Shown here one piece after another: positions 39,274 through 52,481 of a stretch of 64,000 bases of DNA. The first letter of the stretch is position 1, and each line of letters starts with the position of its first letter. The translations under genes and the position numbers were made by a program. Below the pieces are notes generated by a model. That model did not search any database. It had not been told where the DNA came from and saw only the letters and a program-made list of their open reading frames with translations. The DNA is from Cenococcum geophilum (Eukaryota), in NCBI GenBank assembly GCA_050273025.1, contig CP158636.1:10230001-10294000 (forward strand), in the 5' to 3' direction.

Positions 39274-40720
39274 TTATCCACAAGATAAAAGTAAAGCAGT
39301 ACAACTCATTCCTTTGCAGAATATGCCCAACTCTTCTATTGAGGATGCTACTGAATCGACAGGCTCGAGATCGGCCCCATGTACTAACAGAACCCTGGCA
39401 ACCTCAATGTGCCTGTTTTGAGAGCTCCAATGAAGTGCAGTCTGGCCCTCCCCGTTCCGTCTATTTACCTCTGCACCATGCGCAATGAGCAGCTCAACAA
39501 TTTCAACTTTCCCCTTTAGCGACGCGTAAAACAATGCACTGCTCCCATCACTGACCACGGCATCCACGTTGGCAACGAGTTGGAGCAGCAGCTAGACAAC
39601 GTCGAGGTGGCCCTCCTCCGATGGTAGTGTTAACGGCGTCGAGTCATTCTTGTCCCCACAATTGACGTTTGCGCCGCTCTGCGCAAGCATGCGGATGCAC
39701 TGTGCGGAGCCAGCACTAGCAGCCTGGTGGAGATAGGTGCGGCGGTCTGACGTCTCGTCCTGGATTTCGAATCCGCGCCTCGCTCGAGAAGAAGCTTGAC
39801 GGACTCCGGGCGGTCCTGCCGAACCGCCACCATTGATGTGGTGGTGCCCTCGATATCCTGGACGTTTATGTCTGCAGAATGGTCCGGTAGAAGGGCAAGA
39901 ATGCTTGGCCGGTCCCGAATTCCGGGCAAACGTGCAGTGCGGTGTCGCAGCGGGGTTAGGAGGGGGCATTGGGATTGGCCCCGGCTTCGAGAAGGAGGCG
40001 CGCGATTTCTTCCATCCCACCCCTGACAGCACACATCAGTGCTGTCAAACTGTCTAATTCGCCTACTTTCGTCTGGAGCTCTGTGTCCACCTTGTGCTCC
40101 AGCAGAAGCTTTACCATGTCTTCTTCAGCATCGTCCCTTGAGCATGCCGTAGTAAGCGGGGTGTATCCTTGGTGGCCTTGAGCATTGACATCCACTCCTC
40201 TCTGGAGTAGCGTATCTGCCATAGCGAGCTGGTTGTTCGACACAGCCTTGTGGAGTGCTCTGCGCCGAGGATAATCCTCCGATCCAATGTCCATCCCCTC
40301 ATCAAGAATTATTCTAGCTCGATTTAAGTCCCCCGAACGAACCGCCGAGAATAGTGCGGCCTTCGAAATCTTCTTTTTGGTTGCATTACCTTGGTTGCTC
40401 GTCAGGCCACCTTTCAAACCGGGAGCTGATACCTTAAGGACTAGGGAATCGGTTTTCTGCTCGGTTGGGTCCAGAGTCAAAAAGGCACTATGTAAGCATA
40501 TTTTTCTTTCACGACCATTTGGTAAGACTCTAACCAAGCAAATGGTTGGTGTTTCTGCGGCCATCTCGATCGTCTTATTTATAGCGGCACTCAAGGTGAA
40601 CCCGATGGTGGAATATTGGAACGGCCTGAGTAAGTCAATAAAATCAGAGAGTGGTGATTCGACTTCCAATTCTTCATCGCAAGAGAAGAACGCTCGGAGG
40701 CCTGACCCGCCATCGACCAT
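39274..40720 (-). pseudogene. Ankyrin-repeat protein disrupted by frameshifts and stops (not RIP-like)
   Basis: Roughly 8-9 ankyrin repeats (ALHKAVSNNQ, TPLTTACS, TALMCAVRGG, YLHQAASAG, SALFYASLKG, TALHWSSQN) are split across ORFs 39956..40720, 39630..40034, 39592..40032 and 39274..39567. Confidence 0.8.
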
Positions 40721-41439
40721 GAAATACCAAGTGCTTGAGGATTCAGACTACCATCATGTTAGAAGGCGGCCCACGAATAAGTGGTGGAAAGATAAGCTCA
40801 AGCGTGGAGCAGATAGTTCACACGCCAATGGTTCAGTATTGCCGACTGCCAGGTCATTTGACCCCGATGTTGAACCTGTGAATGGGAAATGAGTCGACGA
40901 TTGATTTGAGATATGAGACTATGAGACTATCAGCGCCTACAAATGGATAAGAGCCTTTCGTCATTCGACGTCAGCGTTTTCATAAATGGCCAGCGCTATT
41001 ACAACTTCATAATGGCATATCCTAGTGTTGCATGATGTGGGTTGAGTAAACCCAATAAATACCAAGACGCTGCTTTTTCCTCGTCAACATGGGTATCGAA
41101 CATTGAAGCAAAATGCGATCTTCACGGCCTATCCCTGAAAGTGGATGAAGGCTTTATCCCAGCTGTCCACAACCTTTGACTTGATGAATTTTCTTAGGCT
41201 AGTTGTAGATTTCGAAGCCAGACACGTGCTTCCTGCCACATGTCCTTTTTCTGTTGATCTTCGTGACGAACGTACTGCCTCCCTCTTTAGGGAACGGATT
41301 TGAAGGAAAGCGATTCCGACAAGAATACTGTGGAATGGGTTAGCATGAGGACTAGTATGTGCCTAGTAAAAGGGTATTACCATTGTATCACGCTTACAGC
41401 AGTGACAATGAAGGAGCACATAAAAATCTTGTCATGACT

Positions 41440-41927
41440 GCCTACACATTTCTGGCCAGCTGGGCAAACACTGTCTTTTTTGATGATCATTACTTCGCCG
41501 ACAATCAGAAAGATAGCCGATAGAGCCCAGAAACTAGATAGTGCCAGGAAAATCATGTCACTGCTCTCGAATGAGAGTAGGAGGACGACTGCGGTAGTAG
41601 CGATGGCCTGGCAATTGAGATGTCTTCAGTTTCGCCTATACTGCGGGACCACCCCCGAGAATAGGTTGTACATACGCAGATAATTGTCAGGACCCATCCT
41701 ATTCGTGTGAGATTAAGGTATGGCCGAGCTGAGGACACAATCACGGCATCGCGGTCGGCGGAATGCCGGAACCATACCAAAAAAAAGAGTGCAAGTATAA
41801 GAGCAGCCAGACCCCAGAAGATTTGTGCTTTACGCGTTGTATTCCGTTTGTCTCCAGTCTGCATTGTTATGGTTGGGTCGTCAAAGCAACTCGGGTTGAA
41901 ACCCTCTGAGGGGGGTTGAACATGCAA
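41440..41927 (-). pseudogene. Degenerate membrane-protein fragment, possibly the 5' part of the ankyrin gene
   Basis: ORF 41553..41927 has hydrophobic segments (IFWGLAALILALFFLVWF; IGWVLTIICVC). More hydrophobic sequence continues in a shifted frame, and intron-like signals lie downstream. Confidence 0.3.
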
Positions 41928-42575
41928 AAGTAATTAGGAAATTTGAGAAAAAGAGAAGAATCTGATCAACGCGTCCCAAATGATAGGGCGCCTTGCTGTT
42001 GAGTTTTAATATCAACGCATACTGTGAGGATTTCAAAAGACGCCCCACACGATCTTGACCCACCCTCTTCACGAAACGAGAGCATGGTTCAATTTTTGGC
42101 TTGAGCCGAGCGAAGGGTTATTGGCTGGTAGTCACGGGAGCCTTATGATTGTTTTTGCTGACGGCGCTAGCTAAGCGATGGTTCCTGTGAAGAAGATTTG
42201 GTTTCATCGTAATTTGACCTAACTTCAATCAAACCGCCTCCGCTAAGATGTGCGAATTAGGGTGTTCGCGGGGTTTTGTGTAACTTAAAGAAGCTTTTTT
42301 CCCCGGATGCAACTTGGTAGCACCTTGGCAGGGCCTTTTTTGGCCGTAATGCAGAAGCCGTTATCGCCGTGGCGTCTTATTGAATAATTTCCACAAGCAA
42401 GGGCTTTTATGAGGGTCCACGATCGAAGCACGGACCTTGTTCTTGATTTGGGACCGGGAACCACCGAGGCGTTGCTTGACTAAAATCTCTGACAGCTGGA
42501 AATTGGTAGAGTACAGAGTGGGGCGGGTTAGACCAACATGGGAATCATTAAATGACTGAAACGGACATTTGTTAA

Positions 42576-43287
42576 GGTCGCCACTAATCGTACACCCCCT
42601 AAATGATATTCGTACACCCCCCAATTGATATTCGTACACCCCCTACCTTATTTAGTTTAGACACTTCCTTACTAAGTTTAGACGCTTCCTCACTAAGTTA
42701 GATCATCACGTGCGTTTAACTTGTTTGCGCTTACATCGCGAAAATCAAAGTGCGCGCCATGTAAGTTTTATAACAGCAACATCACGATTAAGTCTTAATT
42801 TTAGTTATAGTATAAGTAGTAGAGTCTAAATTTGGATCACGCCTAAGTTAATTAATTAGATTGCATAGTGCTTTGTAAGGCGTCGCACAAACTAATTTAG
42901 GTACTGCCACCTCTGCTTCGCGCCCACGCCTGCGCCTGCGCCCGGTGGGACCCAAATTAACACCTCTACTTTATATTTAAGAGCCTGTAATTATAGAGCG
43001 TCGTAATAGTCGGCTAATTAACTCCATAGCTGGCTCTACAACTGCCAATTGCGTTAACTTGTAGAAAGTCCTTAGCATTTGAGCGAAATACTAGCTATAC
43101 TATGGGCTCGTACTTTAATTTTCGCGATATAGGCGCAAACAAGTCAAACGCACGTGATGATCTAACTTAGTGAGGAAGCGTCTAAACTTAGTGAGGAAGT
43201 GTCTAAACTAAATAAGGTAGGGGGTGTACGAATATCAATTGGGGGGTGTACGAATATCATTTAGGGGGTGTGCGATTAGTGGCGACC
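42576..43287. mobile_element. Non-autonomous DNA transposon (MITE), ~185-bp TIRs, 8-bp TSD TTTGTTAA; Mutator- or hAT-type
   Basis: Ends GGTCGCCACTAATCG...CGATTAGTGGCGACC. TTTGTTAA at 42568-42575 and 43288-43295. The TIRs contain tandem TCGTACACCCC and AGTTTAGAC(A/G)CTTCC subrepeats. Confidence 0.92.
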
Positions 43288-44606
43288 TTTGTTAAAATTC
43301 TACAATGGATGATAGAATAAGAGTTTCTGCCATTTGTGCCCTAGCTTGTCTAAAGAATGCCATCGGATCGGAGTTATCAAATGCCGTAGTGTAGAGATGC
43401 TCTCTTTCTAATCTAGACCCTTGCATCTTCTCCTAATCAGGCTATCTCCTTGGATAAGTAGATTGACACGTCCTCCTCATTGAGTTTAGTTCCTTCCTCA
43501 TTAAGTTAGAGCATTACGTACATTTTACTTGCATCGCGAAGCGCCCAAAACATTACCTCGCATTTGATCCTCTACTTCTTCTTCAGGATCCTGCAGTTGT
43601 TGAGCGCCGTCACGGTCGCCCGGTAGGCTCTACAAATAGCAATCGCGTTGACAACTCTATTCGCCGAGAGCCATCGGCATTTGGGCAAAATACTGCGCGC
43701 GGCCGTGCCCGCGGAGGCAGTTGCAGACGTCAAGCAGAGGTGGCAGCACCCAAATTAGTTTACGCGATGCCTCACAAGTCACCTCTTAAAATCAACCGAC
43801 TCAGGAGCAGGTGAGTAGTACTACAGGTAGTGGGAGTGGTAGTGGGAGTCAAGACTACTGCGAGTGCCCTGCCAGGTGTCGGCGGCAATACTCAACAGGC
43901 TTTCACGAGGACTTTGCTGAGGGCTCCTTTGATGCATTCCAACTTTGATTTAAACTCTACTAGTTATACGATAGCTAAAATCAAGGCACAGATGCAAACA
44001 ACTCAAATTCACGTGGCATTCTAACTTGATCAGGAAGGGTATCACTCTACCGCTACCCAATAACTTTCAACCCCTTTAAGGAGGTCGAAACGTTATACCT
44101 AGCAGTAGAGAAAATCTTGCTGCAGCAGGCCACCTATTTGGTTGCTTTAGGGTAATGCTAAGAGCTCCCAAGCCAGACTGTCAAATAAACTATTTGACGA
44201 AATGAAAGCTACCAGTTCTCGACTTCACGGCGTCTTGTTTTAAAACTGGTAATGCATGAAGCCTCATATGCATTCTTCTAAGAATCCCATTGCTTGGTAC
44301 ACACGGTTTCATTGTGCAGTCACAGCGTCAAAATATACTGCGCTTAACAAAGCCATTATTACTAGGCAACGTTGATCGCCACACGGATTCTTCTCAGAGT
44401 GAACATAGCTCATAGTGCATGCCTGCCCGCCAGTTTCACGCGCTAGTAATCGTGCAGTGAATTCACAATGGTCAGTCTAGTGCTAAATCAGAAAATCCAA
44501 AGACCCATAAAAGCAGTTCCCACATTTTCCCCATTGCAACTTTACAGAAAGCCCCATCACACAGGCTAACCACCTCAAAAGTCCCGTCAAACGTCATTGA
44601 GTCGTA

Positions 44607-46850
44607 ATGTCTGATATCAAAGAAAAAGTTCCAGCAAACGGAAATGAAAACGAACTCGAGATGCAGGCCCCCAACCCCGAAATGCTCTGGAGCTATCTCA
44701 GCGGCTTCTCTGGACTAAAAGATCCTGCAGCAGCTAAATCCATAGCGAACAAGGATGCCGAAGTAGTACGACAGGTAGTGTACAACTGCGACAACGGATT
44801 CGAGTTCTCCAGGCGTCGTAACGCCGCTTCGGATAATGCCAGGCAAGAGACTCCGAACAATGGAGGCAGAGGCGTTTGCAACACTACTAGACAGAATAAT
44901 CCCGACGCGTACGTCTTCAGCCAGGGACATGGAAGTGTGGCAGAGTCCATTGAAAGTACCGAATCTGGTGGGAACCATCCTTCTCTACTACTCGCTCAGA
45001 TTGATCAACAGAGCCCCCAATCTCTACCAGCCAACCCGTATGGAGACCAGTTCCAGCATCAGGAGCCAGAAACCCGGACCTATAGTTCCCCTTATGGCTC
45101 TCCTTGCGGCTTTGGTACTGCCAACGGGGGCAAACAGCGACTCTACCGGCCGATGCCAGGCACTCCCTGCCGTCCACCACCACCACAGATCCCACAAACA
45201 CCGCGTGGCCGTTCGGCGAACGACCGCCTTCTTCGAATGAGCAGTTCCTTGATGACCTCGCGTATCCCGATGGCCCAATTATCACGGACGCCCAATGTCC
45301 CGATAGTCCCAATTGAGCCTGCTCTGCAGAATGGACAGTTCTTGCAAATTGGACGACGTTTTCGGGGTCTTCCTGAAGCTCTGAGAAGTCCTTTTGGAAG
45401 AGAGGACAATACTTTGGACAACGAAACCTTGGCAGGCTATGACACCGAAAACCAGAGCGCAACAACCTCTCAGGATTCTGCCCCTGATATTCGTCAAACT
45501 AACTCCAAGATCATCACCTCTCAAGCAGCTAAGGGGCGCTGGAACACAGCCCGCTGGCACCCACCACCTGATGACAACCTACCTGCTACGGACGCCGAAA
45601 AGCTCGACTACGTCCTCCGCGTGGAATCCGCGATGTTGTCGGCCCATACGGCTGAAGATAACCCTACCTCGACCCACGTCAAGCGTTGGATCGAGCCAGT
45701 CTATCCGGCTGACGACATCCGTGCCGCCGCCTGGATGGTTGTCGAAGCTACCGTGGTACTGCATACACATGGGAGCACGTTGCCCATCTACGCCTTCGAG
45801 AAGACTGAAAAGCACGGGTTCGCGCAGAAGAACCTGATGTTTAATGAGCGCATGCAGCAGATATGCCAGTGCTTGGCCACACGAAAGACACAGTGCACAT
45901 TCGTCATGTCGAACGATACTCTGAAGATTCAGAACATGATTGCTGCGCCGACGAGAACGCGGTATAGGTGCATGAACAATAATCTGGCGAATAACCGGAA
46001 AGCGAAGCGTCTGGCTCACACAGCTGGCTTAGATGGTCGTCTCAAGGAGAGCCGTAAGGGCAAGACTGAGAGCCTCGGTGGAGAGCAGCTTGAGGCTTCT
46101 ACTCCGCAGAGCGCTGAATCAAAACGTTCGAGAGGATCTGGACGGAGGAACGCTGTTAGTTTATCGGATAGCGGACGTTATGAGGGTGTGAATATGAACA
46201 CGACGTTTCAAAATGGGCCTGGGATGGCTTGGAGATCGCAAGTTGAGCAGGATTTGGCGTCAAACCAAAATCAATATGTGCCAGCCTCAAACATTCAACC
46301 CGAAGGTATGGATCTGGGTTCACAAACATTCAACTTCGACGAGCCACTTCGGTTTTCTAACCAGCGCTCTTCAGGTAGCGCCAGGGGGGTTCTTACGGGA
46401 GTTTCTTTATCTGGGTTGTATGAATCTGCCTCGGGTTCTGATATACAGGTTCAAGGTTTGCCGTCCGATGAATTCCAGTTCGACTTTGCCGATGCGCAAT
46501 TCATAGCCGATCTTGATATGATGATTGCCGCTAACACCGTTTCCACAGCATCCTTCCCACAGGCTCAGTTTCCCACAGCGCCTGGAGCCCTTCTCCAGCA
46601 GGACCTCACTATCGACAATTATCATGGTATGGCTGTTCTCACCAAACGCCTTGACCCTCACTCCTTAGAAAATATTTATGGTAAAGAGCGTAAGTATGAG
46701 GACGAGGATGGTAATGGTCATTGTAAGCTGTCCAAAACTAGTATTGGGTTTGAGCATCAGTCGTTAACCGCAGATCAGCAAGCGGGAAGCCAGGTGCCGT
46801 TCGACGAAATGATGGTATGTGAGGATGTGAATTGTGAGGATGAGAATTAG
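44607..46850 (+). CDS. Intronless 747-aa hypothetical protein; central domain paralogous to 54197..56374
   Basis: Long intact ORF. Low-complexity flanks surround a helical-looking domain (~45528-46013) followed by a basic stretch. Confidence 0.85.
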   Translation: MSDIKEKVPANGNENELEMQAPNPEMLWSYLSGFSGLKDPAAAKSIANKDAEVVRQVVYNCDNGFEFSRRRNAASDNARQETPNNGGRGVCNTTRQNNPDAYVFSQGHGSVAESIESTESGGNHPSLLLAQIDQQSPQSLPANPYGDQFQHQEPETRTYSSPYGSPCGFGTANGGKQRLYRPMPGTPCRPPPPQIPQTPRGRSANDRLLRMSSSLMTSRIPMAQLSRTPNVPIVPIEPALQNGQFLQIGRRFRGLPEALRSPFGREDNTLDNETLAGYDTENQSATTSQDSAPDIRQTNSKIITSQAAKGRWNTARWHPPPDDNLPATDAEKLDYVLRVESAMLSAHTAEDNPTSTHVKRWIEPVYPADDIRAAAWMVVEATVVLHTHGSTLPIYAFEKTEKHGFAQKNLMFNERMQQICQCLATRKTQCTFVMSNDTLKIQNMIAAPTRTRYRCMNNNLANNRKAKRLAHTAGLDGRLKESRKGKTESLGGEQLEASTPQSAESKRSRGSGRRNAVSLSDSGRYEGVNMNTTFQNGPGMAWRSQVEQDLASNQNQYVPASNIQPEGMDLGSQTFNFDEPLRFSNQRSSGSARGVLTGVSLSGLYESASGSDIQVQGLPSDEFQFDFADAQFIADLDMMIAANTVSTASFPQAQFPTAPGALLQQDLTIDNYHGMAVLTKRLDPHSLENIYGKERKYEDEDGNGHCKLSKTSIGFEHQSLTADQQAGSQVPFDEMMVCEDVNCEDEN

Positions 46851-47370
46851 GCGGAGTTGTAATTCGGTTTAGCAGCGGTTGAGTAGACGCTGAGCAGTTG
46901 AGTAGAACCTGAGCAGCTTGGACGAGATTTTCTTTTGTGATTGCGCCTATTAGTATTGGTTTAAACTTTCATCCTTGATTTTGTTTGTTTCTTGATTTTT
47001 AGTCTGGTGCTTTCTATAGCATCATTAATCTTAATTGTCTGAGTATCCTTTTTTCCTTCTTGAAGACGTTGTGTAAGGATTTGAATCTGCAACCGCTCCA
47101 TTGAGATATTGTTGACCGAGCGCCAATCACTGGTCGTCGTCTACCAGGTTAAAACTAGATCGGGGGTATCTTGGCCTTGTACATATAGTCTCTTTTTCTT
47201 CGTAAATCAATCTACACACGAGTTACATAGCATGACCAGCTTCACCTCCTTCCGCAGGTTTTAAATTCGGTACACATTCAACTTCGCCTAATTGCCATCA
47301 GCTGTATATAGCAATCGTAGCGAACACCTCTGTTGCAGGGTCGTGATCTTTGCCAAATATCGTGAGGTTT

Positions 47371-47618
47371 TGTCGACCTGAATCAGGTTATCTTATCACC
47401 GACTCAGCTGCCTCCCATTGACTCAGTCATTGACTCAATCATTGACTCGATCATTGACTCAGTCACCTACCCCTTGTTTCCATTGCCACCCCCCTACCCC
47501 CTTCTCGTTCTCATTTCCTACACCTTTCCTATGTATATATAGAGGCTTTAGAGCCACCATTCAATAGACAGAGTCATTATTCTTTTCTTACAATCGGTGC
47601 ACGGACTTCCGATTGACA
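47371..47618 (+). repeat. 5' LTR of copia element 1
   Basis: TGTCGA...TTGACA; differs from the 3' LTR at 15 positions by my count. Confidence 0.95.
47419..47461 (+). promoter_or_regulatory. Four TGACTC(A/G) motifs at 12-bp spacing in the LTR U3 (Gcn4/CpcA/AP-1-like sites)
   Basis: TGACTCA at 47419, 47431 and 47455; TGACTCG at 47443. They lie upstream of a TATATATAG box at ~47535. Confidence 0.55.
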
Positions 47619-50600
47619 GTTATAAGCCCGGGTTGCTTGCCGTATTGCCCCTATTTAACTATTTAATTTAATTAATCTATTTAATTAATATACCCCTTAT
47701 TAAAATACTACTTATTACCAAATCCTTTAACCTTTCTATAAGCACCTTTTTAATATAACTTCTTAATCACCTACCCAAGCTATCACCACAACGGTAATAT
47801 TATTGAGCTAAGCCGATTGGGACGAATAGATCGACCTTATTAGGCTTCGCGCCTAAACAGGAGACGTATAGGAATACGTTGACCCCTTAACCAAATGGGA
47901 TAAGTTACCCCAATTAATTAAACCAGTCTTTCCTAGACCTTAAGATGTAAAGATAGGAACGACCTTATATGCAGCTCTCTCTAAAGACGAGAAGGACGAG
48001 CTTTAAATTCTCCGTAAGAGGTATAAGATAGTAAAGAAGGAGTATAAGAAGCAGAAGGCGGCCTTAACTTCTTTACAAAGCTATACTACCGGTGTAGTAG
48101 CTAGACATCTAAACACCTATATACTAGGTATTAACTTAGTATATAACGTACTAGTAACTCTTAAGGAGAGGGTTGCCCCTACTAATACTGCATATTAGCT
48201 CTACCTATCTACTTAATACGCCAAGGTTAAAAAGGGCCTAAAGAATTAGAACTTCGAGACCTAGTTATAGCAGTAGGAGAAGACGTATAATAACTATAAA
48301 AAGATTAAATTATTAGATATAGACGGCGACTAAGCAATTAGAGACTTTCTACTAGTGGTAGAGCTAGTATTACCAAATTAGGCCTTAACGTGGAGGGTTA
48401 AATTCGATAAATACGACTAGGCCAAAAACCACGTAATATCTATATATCGACTAGTTAATATATATTAAAACTATTAATAATTAGAGACTGCCTAGCAGAA
48501 GAATAGAGCTCAGCTTAGTACCAATGTAGTAAGCTTCTAGGGTAAGCTAATTAATAAGGCTTCTAAGGACGAGGCTCTTAAGGATAAGGCCCCTACCACC
48601 TCCAAGACGGCACGGAAGAAAGATACCCTGATATGCTACTGTGGAGCTATTTACTAGTTCTAGGACTATCCTTATATTAACGAGTTAGTTTAATTAAAGG
48701 ACTGGAAATTAGACAAAGCTACGGCCAAGAAGGTTAAGGAAAAGATTATTAATGCCCTAAAATGGCATAAGTAAATACTTAAGAAGGTTAGAAAGTAGTT
48801 TTTAGAAAAGGAAGCTGCATAAAGCCCAGATAAAAAGGAAGATAATAGTACCTTTTACGTATATTAAATAGGCGCCTATAAAGTAGGCACTAACTATAAG
48901 CTATATAATAGCGTAATCCTTAATAATGGAACCACTATATACGTTATTAACAATTAATTAAGGTTTGTTAACGAGCTCTAACTAAGTAATAACTTCGTAT
49001 ATACCAGGACGGGTATAGATCTAGTTAAGGGTATAGGGATGGCGGCAATTACTATCTAAACGCTATTAGGTCCTAGAAAAATCTTTTTAGCTAACGCAGC
49101 TTATATACTAGGTTTTTATATAAATTTAGCCTACCTAAGAAAGTTTAATAATAGGGATATATGGTGGGATAATAAGAAGAACCTACTATATAAAAATAAT
49201 TATAAGACGTTTATATATTGCGAGCGCCATTATAATTAATTAACCCTAGAGTACAACGAGCTGTAATTAAAGACCCTAAGTAAGGCCTTATTCGCAATCT
49301 AATTGCGAGACCCCCTTCCTAATTAGGAAGTCGCTGGCAGACTCTAGTATAAGAGACTGGGCCATGCAGGACCTAACGCGATTGAGCATTTACCCTAGGA
49401 AGTAGGTAGTGCAAAACTTTGAGGTCTAGCAACAATCAACTGCGAGACCTACGCTGTTAGCAAGGCTCACAAGATTGTATTAAGAAGACTACCTACTAGC
49501 AAGGCAACCAGACCCTTTTACCGAGTGCATATCGACTTATTTTAAGAAATCGTGGCGTATAACGGTTATATCTGGATAATATATTTCTATAACGAATTTC
49601 TACATTTAAACGAGGTTAAGACCTTCGCCTATAAGTCGTTAACGACGTAAGTAATTATACGATACTTAAATAGGGTAGAACGTCAATATAACCTAAAGAT
49701 CACTATAATTTGAATTGATGGTAAAACATCTCTAGGTAGCGAGTTTAATACCTAGAGAACCTAAAAAGGTATATTACTAGAGCAGTTAGCCCTATATATA
49801 AAGTCTTAGAATAGTTCTACCAAACGTTCTAGGGGGGTAATTATTATTAAGTCTTAATATATGCGGATTAAGGCTTAATTACCAAAAAAGATCTAGCTAG
49901 AAATTGTTAGGGCTATAGTATATTTAATTAATTAGACACCGAGCGCCTAGCTTAGCTAGATAACACCTTTTAAGAAGCTCTAGTTAGCACTAGGGCTCTC
50001 GCCATTAAAGCCAAATATAGCTTACCTATAAGTATACGGCTATAGAGCTTACCCGCTTAAATACAAAATCCTATACACACGAAAGCTTAAGCTAAGGGCT
50101 TATATTAAATACTTAGTGGGGTACTAGTTAATAAACATCTTTAGGGTCTATATACCTAGCGAAAAGAAGGTAATTTAAATAAGGGACGTAACGTTTAATA
50201 AGCAATTACTCTATAACAACAGTTAGCTAAATCTTACGAATCTGCTCTAGAAACGTGCGGATTAAATTTTAAAGGTAATTAATATATTAAATATTAATAG
50301 GATGCTTTAGGAAGAGCTTAACAAGACGTTAGATAAGACGTTAGATAAGGAGAATAAGGTAGATATTAGTGGAAGTCGATAGGTAAATGCTAATAAAAAT
50401 TAAGATTAAGTAATAGATTAGGACGATGACGTAATTAGCCTATAAGCCTCTAAGGATAACTCTATACTAGGCCTCCCTACCCTAGCTAAGACGCTAGAAC
50501 CTTAATTAGATACTACTAATATAAAGCCGTTAAGTGCTTTAATTAAGCGAAAACCCTAATTTGAACTCGTTCCTAGAGAATAAGCCTATCTAAGATAGGA

Positions 50601-52481
50601 GATCCGCGGCAATATGGGCGATATTAATATTATAATAAGCAGAAGAACTAAGAAGCCTTTAACGCGTTAAGAAGCTTACCTTATAAATATTAAGCAATTA
50701 GATACCCTTCCTGCCTTCTACGAAGCTTTTGCTACCAGAATTAAATATTACTAGAAGCGATTACACCGTAATAAGCTTCCATTACCACCTTATAGCTAGA
50801 AAAAGCTTTAAGCTTACCTGTATAAAGATGGCTTTATAGAAGCCGCTAATAAGGAATTTAGTAATCTTAAGCAGCGAGGGATATTTAAGACCGTTATACG
50901 GACAATATTACTTAACGTCTTACCTATTACCTAGGTATTTACTTATAAGTTTAATACTAATAGATATCTAGTTAAATTTAAAGCCCGTCTTTATATATAA
51001 GGTAACTTATAACGACCTAGCGAAAAGGATATATATATAGCAACTCTTACAGCAAAAATATTTAGGGCTATAATAGCGATCGTCGCTGTATGCAATCTAA
51101 AGACTTGGCAATGCAATATAGTTAACGCCTTTACCAATAGCCTTATTAATAAAACAGTTTATATTAAGTTTCCAAATAGCTTTTAACAGAAGGGCATATA
51201 TCTACTCCTTTAAAGAGCCTTATACGGCCTTAGACGATCACTACTACTTTAGCTTAATAAGTTCTTAACTACCCTAACGACCCTAGGTCTAACAGCAGTT
51301 AATAGAGAATTATGCCTATTTTACAACGACTGGCTAATCGTATTCTTTTATATTAACGATATTATAGCAGCCTACCGCATAGAAGACCTACTAAAGCTTT
51401 AACTCTTTAAGGAAGAGCTAACGAAGAAGTATAAGATTAAGAACCTAGGAGAACTAACCTAGTTCTTAAGAATTAAAATCCTCCATAATTAACCTTAATA
51501 GAAGCTTTAGCTCTATTAAGATTCCTATATTAATAAGATCGCTAGCACCTTCTATTTAAAAGATTATTGTCTAATATATACGCTAATAAGTACGGACGAT
51601 CTCTTACCTAATCCAGAATAGGCCTCTAAGCAGCAGGTCTATATATATTAACGGAAGGTTAGCTTACTACTATACGCCACCTATATTATACGACCTAACG
51701 TCACTTAAGCCTTAAGCAAGCTCGCAGAATTCCTTTATAATCCGTCGCCCCTATATAAAGCCGCAGTTAATTAAGCGATTGTATACCTCTATTAAATAAG
51801 AACTCTGGCGATTAAATACTCGAACAGGAATATTAGAAGTTAGATCGTCGTCTATATAAGCGATACTGTATTTAGCAATAATCCTATTAGTTAGAAGAGT
51901 ACTAAAGGCTTTATATTTTTACTATTTAGGGGAGTAATTAACTAGCGCTCCACTAAGCAGAAGATAGTTATAATATTAAGCACTAAAGCTAAGCTTAAGG
52001 CTCTATTAAATGCAGCTACCGAATTAATTTAGTGGTAGCGCTTTTTTTAAGCTATATAACTCTATACGAATAAGGAATATATAATTGGCTATAATAACCT
52101 ATAGATAATTTAACTGCTTACTAAGAACGGACCTTAGTTAAATATAAAGCTTCGTTACATAGATATCTACCAGTATTAGCTTCGCCAAGAAGTTTAAAAG
52201 GGCTTAATTATAATTAAGTGGGTCCCTACTACTAACATAACGGCTAACGGCCTTACGAAGGCCCTACTAAGGCAGAAGCACGAAAGCTTTATTTAATAAC
52301 TAAATCTGATTAATATTAAGACTCTATTATAGTTAGATTTAACTATACTATTTAACTTATTTACACGATTTCCTTATCAAATTCTTGCTATTAGATGGTT
52401 TCTATTTAGTTTAATACCATAGATATTTCCTATTTAGGTATATCCAGCTAATTACCGACCAGTTAATTAGCTGGGGGGGTG

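Noticed and set aside
37925..39304. Many overlapping ORFs on both strands at the KAP120 3' end
   Set aside because: Shadow frames of GC-rich coding sequence.
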